Of a stretch of DNA of 64,000 bases, positions 52,325-63,615 are shown one piece after another; the stretch's first letter is position 1; the number at the start of each line of letters is the position of its first letter. The translations under genes and the position numbers were made by a program. This stretch comes from Dipteris shenzhenensis (Eukaryota), in assembly GCA_047967505.1 (NCBI GenBank), contig CM106538.1, one strand, 5' to 3'. The notes beneath the pieces are model-generated. The model did not search any database. It was not told the DNA's origin and saw nothing but the letters and a program-made list of their open reading frames with translations.

Positions 52325-52695
52325 CCACAGATTTGCGAGGAAGCTTATTGAACGCCATAGCCAGAGCTCCACAGACTTGCACGAAGCGTAAGGCTACCGC
52401 CATACACAGATGTGCGAGGAGCTTCAAATTAAACCATAGATTTTACAGGAAGCAGCTTCAATGGTCATAGCCAGAACTCGGCCGGAGAGATGTGGCGAGG
52501 AGCTGTGCTTCGAAAGCCATAGATTTGCGAGGTCGACGAAGCTGTAAACGCCATAGCTTCAAAAGCCAATATAGATTTACGCGATGGCCGGCATTACGAG
52601 ATTGTGCTTCAAAAGCCAATATAGATTTGCGAGGTCGACGAAGCTTCAAAAGCCAATATAGATTTGCGCCATGGCCGGCATTTCGAGGAGCTTGA
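52325..52695. repeat. Degenerate tandem repeats in the GT90 5'/promoter region
   Basis: gcttc.aaagcc(aat)atagattt(g/a)cg x4, plus related gatttgcgagga.gctt units. Confidence 0.75.
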
Positions 52696-52837
52696 AACGC
52701 CTTTAGATTTGAGTAAAACGAGCACCACTCATTTTTATATATTATCCCCCTTTGATTCATTTCACTTTTCAAGTTCCAACCCGATGTCTCTCTGTTCACT
52801 ACCATGTGGTCACACCAATATGCGAATGCCTTTCCTT

Positions 52838-54889
52838 CTATGGACTGTCCTTCCTTCTATGGAATACCCTCCGGTCACACCAATATGCGAATGTCCTTCT
52901 TGTTGTGAGTGTGTCAAATGCATTGTTATTGCACCAGCTCCCGTCATTTCCCCACCCGTAGATTGTTGTTGGCCCTTTGTTGATCAGGTACGTGTGGTGG
53001 TGGTGGAGCATGACAACGTCTTGCAGCCGCCGTGCCATTTGCACGGAGGAGTGGTTCATGTCAATGTTGAAATCACCGAGTGCATATGTAGTTGTAGATG
53101 GTGGAACAAGTTGCATGAGGTTGTGCATCATTCGTAGTAGAGACTCTTGTTTTGTTTTGGGTGATTTGTATGTGTTGAGTATTCCGACTATTTCTTTTTC
53201 ATTGATTTCGAACATTGTGAGTTGGATCTGGCACTTGTCAATCTCGATGTGACTCTCTTGGATAAGATGCAGAACTAGTCTGTAGCAATGCCCACACCAT
53301 CGTGTCTGTAGATACCTAAAAGCGGAGGTAATGTTGCTATATACATGCAGCGGGCATAGGATAGCTGTCCTCTCTAAGATCCCCGAGCTTGAAATGTCAT
53401 GTGCATAATGAAGGAGGGATCTCATGTTGAGTGTCAGAAGTAGCGAACTTGTATTCTTCACGTTGGAGATGTCATCCCTTTCGAATGGCCACCAGCGGCA
53501 GTGGCGGGTGTCCCTCAGTCTGAAAATTTCTTGTTTAACCGAAGAGTCAACTTTGATGTGTCTGTGCTCCAGCCTTGAGAGAAGGAAAGGTTTGAGGGCT
53601 CACGGATGCGCAATAGTGCAGTGTAAACCAGTCAGTGGGCATGTATTCCTTTTGGGTCGAAAGCGATTTACTGCATTGTAAGTCCTTGTGATCGGTGCAC
53701 TGTTCTTGCTATTGCAGGCTACAGGGGGAATTGTTTTCATAATATCGTGTTGAAGTGGTTCTTTCCAACCTGGAACTCGCGGACGACTTGCAGGATGGGT
53801 GTCCAATGTCTCGGAGTGTCATCCTTGTAAACATGTCGGTTCTCTGAATGTGATCTCAATCCAGAGCATGGGTCATTGAAGAGCATCCAAATGACATATA
53901 GCTTGGCGTCAGTGTTGCTGTCCATGAACACCCCATCTGCACCATTAACAATCCCATCTGCGACATCCAAGTTCCCGAAACAAATGTCTATAATCATCCC
54001 CCTTTTCAGGCGTAATTCTGCAAGAAGCCCACCTGTCTGTCGCGGGTCTGATGGCACTCTGATGGATTTACTGCAAGTCTTGTGCCTTATGTCTTTTGCG
54101 AGCAGCACGTGAGGTATTGTTTGAGTCGTTATGGATGTCCTTGGTAGCGTTTGTGTAGAAAAGGTGAGGAATTATGTGCTTTTCTGGTGGGTTTTTCATG
54201 TGTTCATTGTTAAAGATCTCGAGGTTGGCATCCAATTGGCATCCTATCCTGATCTTGTTGAGCAATGTGAGGAAGCGTTTGTCTTGGTGGCGCATCGGCT
54301 TTCGCAACTCCTAGTAAAGGAGCATGCTTCGCCAAAAGGACCCTAGCATGATTGACGAGGTGGCTTTGTCATGGAAAATCCATGAATCCTTGGTTGGGCT
54401 TACTTGGTAGAAGTCTTCACATAGCAGAACATCAACTCCACCAAAAGGCTGGTCGTGGTTGTGCTTGATTTCTCTCATGCGAGAGTCTACGACAGCAAAG
54501 GTGTTGCGGCCAACCAAGGATATCTCGTCAATAACTAGTAGTTGCACCTCTTTGGATGCTTCTGAAAGCTACTGTAGTTTTTCCCCTGAAAGCGATGTGT
54601 AGGTCGATGAAAGCAATGGAAGGTGAAGCGCTCCATGTATAGTCATTCCACCAATTGCGTGAGTGGCTCTTCCAATGTAAGGGAGCAAGATTAACCCGGG
54701 CAAGTCAACATTAGATGTGTCTTTGTGCGAGTAGAAGCAGAGCAGTGCTTGAACTAACAACATGAGCGTGAATGTTTTTCCAGTACCTGCCTCTCCAGAG
54801 AGTAGTAGATGGAATTGTCGGCTAGGATTGATGACCTTCTTGAGCATGATGTCATTTCTTAGTATTCTTAGTAAGACCAGTTTGATCAA
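52838..54889 (-). pseudogene. Pif1-family helicase followed by an EEP (AP-like) endonuclease domain; Helentron-type architecture, disrupted, no Rep domain seen
   Basis: Walker A GEAGTGKT, GGMTIH, LLVIDEISLVG, FGGVDVLLCEDFYQ, MRHQD, NLDVADGIVNGADG, QFPL..AIARTVHRSQGLT, YTALLR; then LTLNMRSL, GDFNID, PTT and terminal YWCD (SDH-like). Confidence 0.85.
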
Positions 54890-55119
54890 AGCATGAGAAA
54901 GTCCATATAGACTAGAAAAAAAAAGCTTTAAATTAATTAGTAACCTCTCTCTTTTTCCTTACCCTCCTCTCCCTCTCTTTCCATCTCTCCCTATTAACAT
55001 GCTCACAAGAAGATAATACAAATGAATAAGTTTGAACTTCTCTTCCCCACAACTGAATGTGTAGCTTATTCAAACATTCTTCACTATTTAAAACTTTCTA
55101 CTCCTTAAACAAATTCTAT

Positions 55120-55400
55120 AGTAGAGATATTTTTCCATCTCCTATAACATACCTCCCTAATGAGCTATCCCAGAGGGGGGTCAACATTTTTATAGTAGAT
55201 ACATTTTTCTATTGTCCTCCTGCATAGCTCATCGGCGAGCTATGCAAGAGGGGGTCAAATGTTTTAGAATGGATACCTTTTTCCATTCCCATTCCACATA
55301 TATTGCCACTGAGGTATGCCAGATGTTGATCTTAAACATATTTTTCCATCGCCCTCTAACATAGCTCACCAGTGAGCTATGTTAGAGGTGGTCCAAAATT
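55120..55400. repeat. Four ~70-75-bp degenerate units, at least two with a long central palindrome
   Basis: tttttccat...catagctc....gagctatg..gagggggtc; clear stems at 55216-55251 and 55353-55388. Confidence 0.8.
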
Positions 55401-55729
55401 ATAGGCCCAAAACCCAACTACATGATAAGAAGACTATGTGTTTTAAATCTCAGCCAAAAACACCTCACTAAGAGGACCTTGCTTGGTTCTAAAAACAACA
55501 TAGAGACCATGATAGATATAACTATAACCTTTCCATGTAACATAGCTTCATATAGGTGATCCACCCAAATTTCGCAGAGGGCTTTCAAAGTTGACTAAGG
55601 TTCTCAACCGGATGACATCGGAGTTTCAACCGCTCAAAGCCAAGCTTTCAAAGTTGACGAGTAGTTCGTGACGAGCCCAAATAGTAGAGGAGCTTGAGCA
55701 GCATTCCAAGTGGGATATGGTCATCAACA

Positions 55730-56620
55730 CAGAGAGAGAGTCTATCATGAGAGAAGGTCGTGAGGGAGTTTAAGAGTGTAGAGAGTCATGAGGCATGAGG
55801 GAGCTTGAGAGCATAGAGAGCTTGAGGGAGTCATGAGAGACGGTCCTAAGGGAGCTTGAGAGCATTGAGGGTGGATGAACAGAGAGTCATGAGAGATGGT
55901 TATGAGGGAGCTTGAGAGCATAGAGAGAGAATTGTGAGAGAAGGTTGTTAGGAACTTGAGGGAGAAGGGTGTAGAGAGCGTGAGAGAAGGTTGTAGAGCA
56001 TAGAGTCACAAAACTGAGGTTGTAGGGAGCGTATGAGCATAGAGCGTCAAAGAAGGTTGTAGGGAGATTGAGGGAGCTTAGGAGCATATAGGTTGTAGGG
56101 AGCTTGAGGGAGCATAGGAGCCGTGAATAGACGTTGATAGGAAGAGATGTAAGAGTAAGAGGCAAGATGTGAGAGTAAGAGATACTAGATAGGGAGAGAC
56201 CTTAAAATGCAAAGTTAGATAGGGAGCGAAAGAGAGAGCGTAGGAGGTAGAATGAGATAGCGTAAGAGATAGGGAAATAAAGAATGATGGAAATCGAGAG
56301 AGATCCAGCAGAGATAGGGAGGTTGAGAGATAGGGAGATAGAGCATAAGAGAGAGAGAGAGATAGAGCTAAAGAGAGACATAAGAGGTCGAGGACAGCGA
56401 GAGGAAGTCAAGAGAGAGGAGAGAGGAAGTAAGAGAGAGAAGAGAGAGGAAAGACGATAGAGAGATAGGGAGAGAAAGATAACTGTCGCGATGAGGAAAT
56501 GGAATAGAGAGAGAGAAGATAGACACATAGGATTAGGGTTTAGTCACGATTAGAGAGAAAGATACTGTGTAGGGATGGAATAGAGGAAGAGAAGATAGAG
56601 AGATAGGGTTAGGGTTTAGT
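55730..56620. repeat. Purine-rich (GA) low-complexity tract with gagggagcttgagagcatag and gagaaggttgtag units; ends in telomere-like tagggtttag motifs
   Basis: Direct reading; tagggtttagtcac at ~56535 and ~56609. Confidence 0.85.
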
Positions 56621-56748
56621 CACTCTTAGGGCTTGTTTGTTTTGCACTAATCTTTTCCCTCTCAGTATCTGTGATTATGCTCCTTTTGTTAGGGCAACTC
56701 CTGTTTTGGACGACTCCTTTCCTAAGCTTGTAGCCCTTCATTATTGCT

Positions 56749-58850
56749 ATGGAGCACATACGGTTTGTGTGTGGCAATAAGGAAGTGTTTGTAGAAGTTG
56801 GAGAAGAAACACATACCAAAGTGTCTGAGAGTGTAATATGCTTGCCATTTTGTGTGACAATGAGTAGTGTTAAGGTGGCTCACAACATTACTCAACCAAG
56901 CTGCAGTATTCCTGTTCGAGGAGATAACATTTCAGGGCTCAAAGAGCTTTATTGTGGAGCATTCTTTGTCCTTTCAAGTGCAAGTAGAAGGTAAAAAGGA
57001 GGTGGGTCTTGATAAACAAAAGATTTATGACTTAGAAGATGAATCAGATCATCAAATAAAGGACCATTTCGAGTAGCCTAGGTGCCCTGAAGTCATACAA
57101 TTGGAAGAGAAACAACATGGCAAGTTGGACGCTCCAGTTCTACATTTGGAGACCTTAATTAAGAAATTGCCATTAAAGAACAAGTTACGAAAGTTTCTGG
57201 ATAAGATAGGGAACACAGTGCCTCTGCAAGATCTTCCACCTCTCTATGATGGTGATTGTATTTTTGAGTTGCCTCCTGTGGATGCAAATATTGGTTCCAT
57301 GACTGGAATGGAGCAAAGCAAAGATGGTCATCCATGGGTCTGATATAAGACTACAAGGATATCTAGATTCAATGGAGATGTGAGATTGTCAGTTTGTGGG
57401 GGCGCATTTGTTTGTGACAATGTAGATTGTAGTTTGTAAAAGTTGAGGCAAAAACATAATACAGAACATTGGAAAGGGAGATTGAATATTCCTTGCCTTG
57501 AGCGTAGGGTGAAAAAGGAACATGGAGGATTTCGTTGGTTTCATTGCAACCAAAGGCCATTAAGTGAATTGGAATGTGCATCTAGGATATATCATGTTAT
57601 TCCATCATCAGTGAGGTACACAAGGTTTGTTGTTCATTTGGGTAGCCATAGTTATGAAGTTGAAAAGGGAGAATGCACTGATCATATCAACATCATGAGA
57701 AACTTGGTGGGGGATTATGTCGAAAGCACTATGCTACCTGCCTAAAGATCCTTGGAGCAAGACAAAAAAGGGTCAAGAAAGAGGTGTCTAGAGATATAAT
57801 ATTGAATAGCATAATATCTACGAGCAACAATGCCACAAATTTGTGGGACCTTTGGTGAGTTGCTATCACATTTAGAGCCATTGATGAATCAAAGGAGGTA
57901 TGTGGGCCTTGGATCTCCTTGTAACATTTCATTAACAATATCACATAAATTTTGTTGATACCACTTTTCTTTGTGTGGACTTCGGAGATGGATAGAGACA
58001 TTTAGAGCGGCTTCAAATCTAGCTGATCATTCAATTGATTCTATTCTGAAGCTGAAAGCAAAGTGTCAATATGAATACTTCCATGCTTCCCTGTTTCCTA
58101 GGAAACTGTGGATACTACCAATGATAGATCTTGCATTTTTAAAATGTCTACCAATGGACCGGCATCAGGTGTTGATTTGGTGAGGAGGATGCAAAAAGAA
58201 GGGGATTTATAACATTCGTGGGTGTACTTTGATCATGTACACAGGGTGCGTGGTTGATCTACAATGGTAGCACATGGGTATGACCCGAGGTATGCAAATT
58301 GAGCACCTTTCATTTCATTGGACAATTGACTATTTGGATGGTGTTAAATTGTCTTTTGTTGCTACAGTATTCAAAGTCTACAGACAATGGCCATTTGTGA
58401 AATGAAAGTGGAACATGCAGTAGCACAAGAAAATTTTTGGGAGACATTAAATCTAGTGATGAGAAACCATGGTGTGATGGATGTTCAGTTCCATGGCTTC
58501 ATGCAGATGAGGCCATGGCAAATTGGAATGCAATTCGACAAGTTTATGGAAAAGATCAATGTGCACCACTAGTGGGTAGGGAAAGAAGCTGCTTGTTTCA
58601 TTTTAAAGATAGTTTGATAAAGCATACCAAACAATCTACAGTGGTGGAACATAGACAGAGGCATATAGAACTATGCGAGTCATGGAAAAATGCAAAGCAT
58701 GAAGAAGACACGAAGGAAAAATACAATATCATTAAAGCCTTCTGGCGAATAGGTGCCACATATTCCCAACAGTTGCCTACCTTGGATAGCTGGCTGTCAT
58801 GGTGGCATGTGAGATATTCTCATTGGGGATCATACATGAATGCTGTATCA
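56749..58850 (+). pseudogene. Decayed, intron-containing Mutator-like (MULE-type DDE) transposase with N-terminal Cys/His zinc-finger region
   Basis: LPPLYDGDCIFELPP, DGHPW, CGGAFVCDNVDC, HLGSHSY; FDHVHRV..AHGYDPS|IQSLQTMAICEM across a GT-AG intron at 58290-58367; GFM-ADEAMANWNAI; RERSCLFH (CxxH); WLSWW. Superfamily assignment is from motif memory. Confidence 0.6.
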
Positions 58851-58941
58851 ACTCGTGCAATACATATCTTGAAGATTTCTAATATTAGCTTTGTGGTGGA
58901 AAAACAGATCCACAAAACATTTTGGGCGATGAGGCACATTC

Positions 58942-59293
58942 TGTGAAGATTGTGGGAGAGAGGGAAGGAGTCTCACTTGCAGCTTTCTCACATGCACAAT
59001 GGGGGAATACACACAAAGGTGGAGGCTGAAAACAGTTTTCCTCTTCTTAGTTGTGAAAGCCAAAAGAACTCTAGTACAAAGAAATAGAAGAACCCTATAT
59101 GTGGGTCTCAAACCAAACTCAACTAACTAAGGTGGCATACTAACTGAGCCACGAACTAGTGTAGATAAGGATAGCTGTCATCCAGCTATTATTCATGAGC
59201 GGTGTACCAACCGCATCTCCAGCTAACAAGTCGGTGACATAAATGCACAACAGTCACCCTGTCATATCGCGAGTGGAGCTCGATATCTCAACA
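58942..59293 (-). repeat. 3' LTR of Copia I (352 bp)
   Basis: Reverse-complement match to 21994-22345. Confidence 0.97.
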
Positions 59294-62200
59294 CTCCCCC
59301 TCGAGCTCAATCCCAATTCCTGCACACCAAGCAGGTCTCTGAACTTGCGCAGCTTCTCTGCGCCCAATGCTTTTGTGAAGATGTCAGCTACCTGATCCTC
59401 TATGCTGACATAAACTAGATCAATGAGACCTAGTAAAACCTTCTCCCGCACATAGTGATAATGCACCTCAATGTGCTTTGTTCTGGCATGAAAGACTGGG
59501 TTCTTTGCCAAATGTGTACTACTCATGTTGTCACAATAAATGACAACCGGCCCATCTGTAGACTGATGCATATCATAGAGTAGCTTATGCAACCAAGCTA
59601 CCTCACATGCAGCCATTGTTGCACCCCTGTACTCAGCCTCTGTGCTCGACAAGGCAACTGTAGGCTGTTTCTTACTGCTCCAAGTGACTGCAGCACTCCC
59701 AAAAGAGAACACATATCCACTGGTAGATCGTCTATCAGAAATACTACCAGCCCAATCAGCATCAGTGTATCCATGCAACTGTATCTGAACCCCAGCCTCA
59801 TAAAATAGTCCATACTGCAATGTGGACTTCACATACTTGAGTATGCGTCTAGCCGCATCCAAATGCGGTTTCCTTGGAGCCTGCATAAACTGACTTACCA
59901 ACCCAACAGCATAGCTCAAATCTGGCCTGGTAATAGTCATGTAAATCAAACTTCCTACTATGCGTCTGTACATAGTAGGGTCTTCCAGAAGCTCACCTGC
60001 ATCTGTGCTCAGCTTCACATTCTGCTCCAAAGGAACTGAAATAGGCTTACAGCCTGTCATCCCATATTTGGACAGCATGTCCAATCCATACTGCCTCTGC
60101 AAGATCCGTATCCCACTTGGTGATCTAATCACCTCAATGCCCAAGAAATAACGCAGCTCTCCCAAATCCTTCATCTCAAACTTCTGCCTCAATAGCATTT
60201 TCACATGAAGGATATCTTCATCACTATCACCTGTGATGATCAAATCATCAACATAAATGACCAGCAGCATAATCCCTTTCTCTGTTTTTCTCACATAGAG
60301 TGAGAAATCTGCCTTGGAAATCTAAAAGCCAATAGTGACAAGATACTGTCCTATCTTGTCAGACCATGCTCTAGGTGCTTGCTTCAAGCCATACAAGGCT
60401 TTCTTCAACCTGCAAACAAACTCAGGATGAGTAGCATGAACATAACCTGCTGGCTGCTCCATAAAGACCTCTTCTTGCAAATCACCATGCAAGAAGGCAT
60501 TCTTTACATCCATCTGATGTAAAGACCATCCCTTTGATGCAGCCATAGCAATGGCTGCTCTTACGGTTGCCATCCTTGCAACCGGGCTGAAAGTTTCTTC
60601 ATAATCAATGCCATATGTCTGTGCATACCCCTTGACAACTAATCTTGCCTTGTATCTATTCACAGAACCATCTGCATTGTACTTGATCTTATAAACCCAC
60701 TTACAACCAATTGCATTCTTGCCTTTAGGCAAAGGCACCAATTCCCATGTAGCATTAGCATCCAAGGCATCCATTTCTTCATCCATGGCTTTCTCCCATT
60801 TTTCATTTCCCATGGCTTGCTCAAAAGAAGTGGGTTCTGGTTCCTGTATCACTTTGACCATATAGGCATAGTGAATGGCTGTAAATCCATCATATTTCAG
60901 CCTATCCACAGGATACCTAACCCTGGTAGACCTGCGCAAAATAGGCTCACTTCCAGGTGCTCTCAAAACATCCCTGGTCTTCCTTACTCCAGGTGTAACA
61001 ACAGAAGGAATACCCAACTCATCATCAATGCTCTGTTCTGAGCCACTGGATTCACCATCCACATAAGAGTGACCTGCATTCACATCAAACATGGGCTGAT
61101 CTACCTTCTCTTTTCCTTTTCGTGATACCTGCATACCACTATCTGCATTGCTTTGAGGGGATTCTCCTGATCTCAATCTGCCTGTCCATGGCGAAGTATG
61201 TGAACCACTGGTAGAGGACACTCCAGGTCCACTGATATTTTGTGATTGCTGCTGTGCATTCTGTGCAGCATTACCATTTTGTGCATCTACATCAATCATC
61301 ACATTTACTGGTTTATACCAGCTGCTCATCTCATCAAAAACAACATCTCTGCTCACTGTGAACTTACGTGTAGAAGGGTTATAGCATCTATACCCTTTCT
61401 GCTGCAGAGAATAACCAATAAAGACACACTTCTCAGCTTTTGGATCCAACTTGGACCTCAACTCATCTAGCACATGGACATAAGCAATGCAACCAAAAAT
61501 CTTCAAATGAGAAATATCTGGTTTCCTACCAGTATACATCTCCTCTGGCGTCATGCCATGTATTGCTGCAGTGGGAGTCCTGTTCATTATATAGACTGCT
61601 GTAGCAACTGCTTCAGCCCAATAATAATCTGGTAGATCTTTTTCATTTAGCATAGCCCGAGATACCTCTCCAATATGCCTGTTTTTTCTTTCTGCAATTC
61701 CATTTTGCTGTGGGGTATGACTGCATGAATATTGCTGCTTTATACCATGCTCTCGCAAGAATTTTGCAAACTCATTTGAGAGGTACTCTCCCCCTCCATC
61801 TGACCTTAGGCATTTTATTTGCAGGCCTGTTTCTTTTTCAACCATAGCTTTGAAAGCTTTGAAGTGCCCAAACACTTCACTTTTCTTTTTCATAAAATAC
61901 ACCCACAGTTTTCTGCTGAAGTCATCAATAAATGTGACAAAATAGTGACAGCCTCCAATGGATGCAGCTTTTGAAGTCCACACATCAGAGTGGATTAATT
62001 CCAATGGCTTTTTACTCTCTTGAACATGCCTAGGAAAAGGTTTCCTTGCCTGTTTCCCAAATTGACAGGCTTCACAAACCTTGTGCATTTCTGCAACCTT
62101 GAATTTAGGCAATCCTGCAACAATATTTTGGGCTTGCATTGATTTTAGTCGCTGTATATTAACATGACCAATGCGTTTGTGCCAGATATCAATATCTGCA

Positions 62201-63615
62201 ACTACACCGGTCCCATGTGCAAACATTGCTGCACTCAATTCAGGCATGTCTGCATCCAACGTAAACATCCTGCCCTTCTTCTTTCCTTTTGCTATCAAGC
62301 GACCGTTATTTTTCATATCCTCAACAAAGCATCCATGAGGATTAAATCTAACCTGCAAGCCCTGCTCAACCATTTGACCAACAGAAACCAGGTTCTTGGT
62401 GATGTTCGGGACATGAAATACATCAGACAAGTATTTCTTTTTCCCATCCTGCATAGACAAAGGAATTTTGCCAATCTGCACAATAGGATGTGCAGTATCA
62501 TCACCAGTCTCCACAAATCCTAGCTTTTCCATCTTCCTTGCATCTTGCATCCATTCTGCATGACCTGTCATGTGGTTTGACGCACCTGAGTCAACATACC
62601 ACACATCATTTTGTTCTTCTGTACTTGTCACAGAATTGGTCATATGCTGCACCATAAATAGATGCTCATTTCTGTCATCACCCTACCTGCTAGAAGATGC
62701 ATAATTGCCTTGCTGCAATTTTCCACTCGTAATGTCATTCTGCTTTTTGTAGCAGTCTTTAGCCATATGCCCCATTTTGCCACAGTAGTAGCATTCAACA
62801 TTGCTGTTTGCATTTTGGCCTCTCTGCCATCCACCACGGCCTCTTTGGCTCCCCCTGCCTCTAGAGTTACCACGTCCTCCTGCATAGGACTGGTTTTCTT
62901 GCATTTGCTACATATTCTGATTTCTACCATGGGCAGATCGGCCTCCTCTACCTCTGCCTCTACCTCTGCCAGCATTTGAGTAGAAGACAGTTTCTTTTGA
63001 AGTTCCTGCTGAAGAAGATGCACCCCCATTTCTCTGCTCTTCAGAAATTAGAAGAGCAATCAACTCCTCAAAATCAGGAAAGTTTTCACGGACGGCAATG
63101 GATGTCCGAAACTGTGCATAATCCTTTCCTAGACCATTCAAGGTCACAGAGACAAAATCGTCATCATCCACTGGCGACCCAATGGAAGCAAGTGCATCCG
63201 CAATTTTCTTCACCTTCATGTGGTAGTCATTGATGCTCATGTTTTCTCTCTGCACATTATGCAACTCCTGTTTGAGTTGCATTTTCCTGGCTTGCGTATT
63301 TGTGCTATACATTTTTGCCAAAGTATCCCATGCCTCCTTTGGCGTATTTGCATCTTGAATATGCACAATCATGGAGTCCGAAATACTGATAGACAGCCAG
63401 TACATAACTTTCATGGCTCTCTCATGCCATCCTTTGAATGCCTGCATTTCCTGTTGACTGGGAACATTAGGAAGAACAGGCTCTTCTTCATTTCCTGTAA
63501 TGAATTCCCAATAGCCTTTTCCCATCAAGAAATTCGTCATTCTAAACTTCCATGCCTGGAAGTTGTTCTTGTCAAGCTTTTCAGTGACAATCTGTGAAAG
63601 AGAATCAGATGCCAT
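59254..63615 (-). pseudogene. gag-pol: Copia I gag-pol in one reading frame with three premature TAG stops
   Basis: ORFs 62908-63630, 62683-62904, 60322-62655 and 59254-60294 are all in frame; all domains present including YVDD and DADWAG. Confidence 0.96.

Noticed and set aside
52690-52760. Helitron/Helentron 3' terminus
   Set aside because: No convincing hairpin plus CTRR or subterminal inverted repeat was found.
55887-56528. Leu/Ser-rich minus-strand ORFs resembling membrane proteins
   Set aside because: Translation of the CT-rich low-complexity strand.
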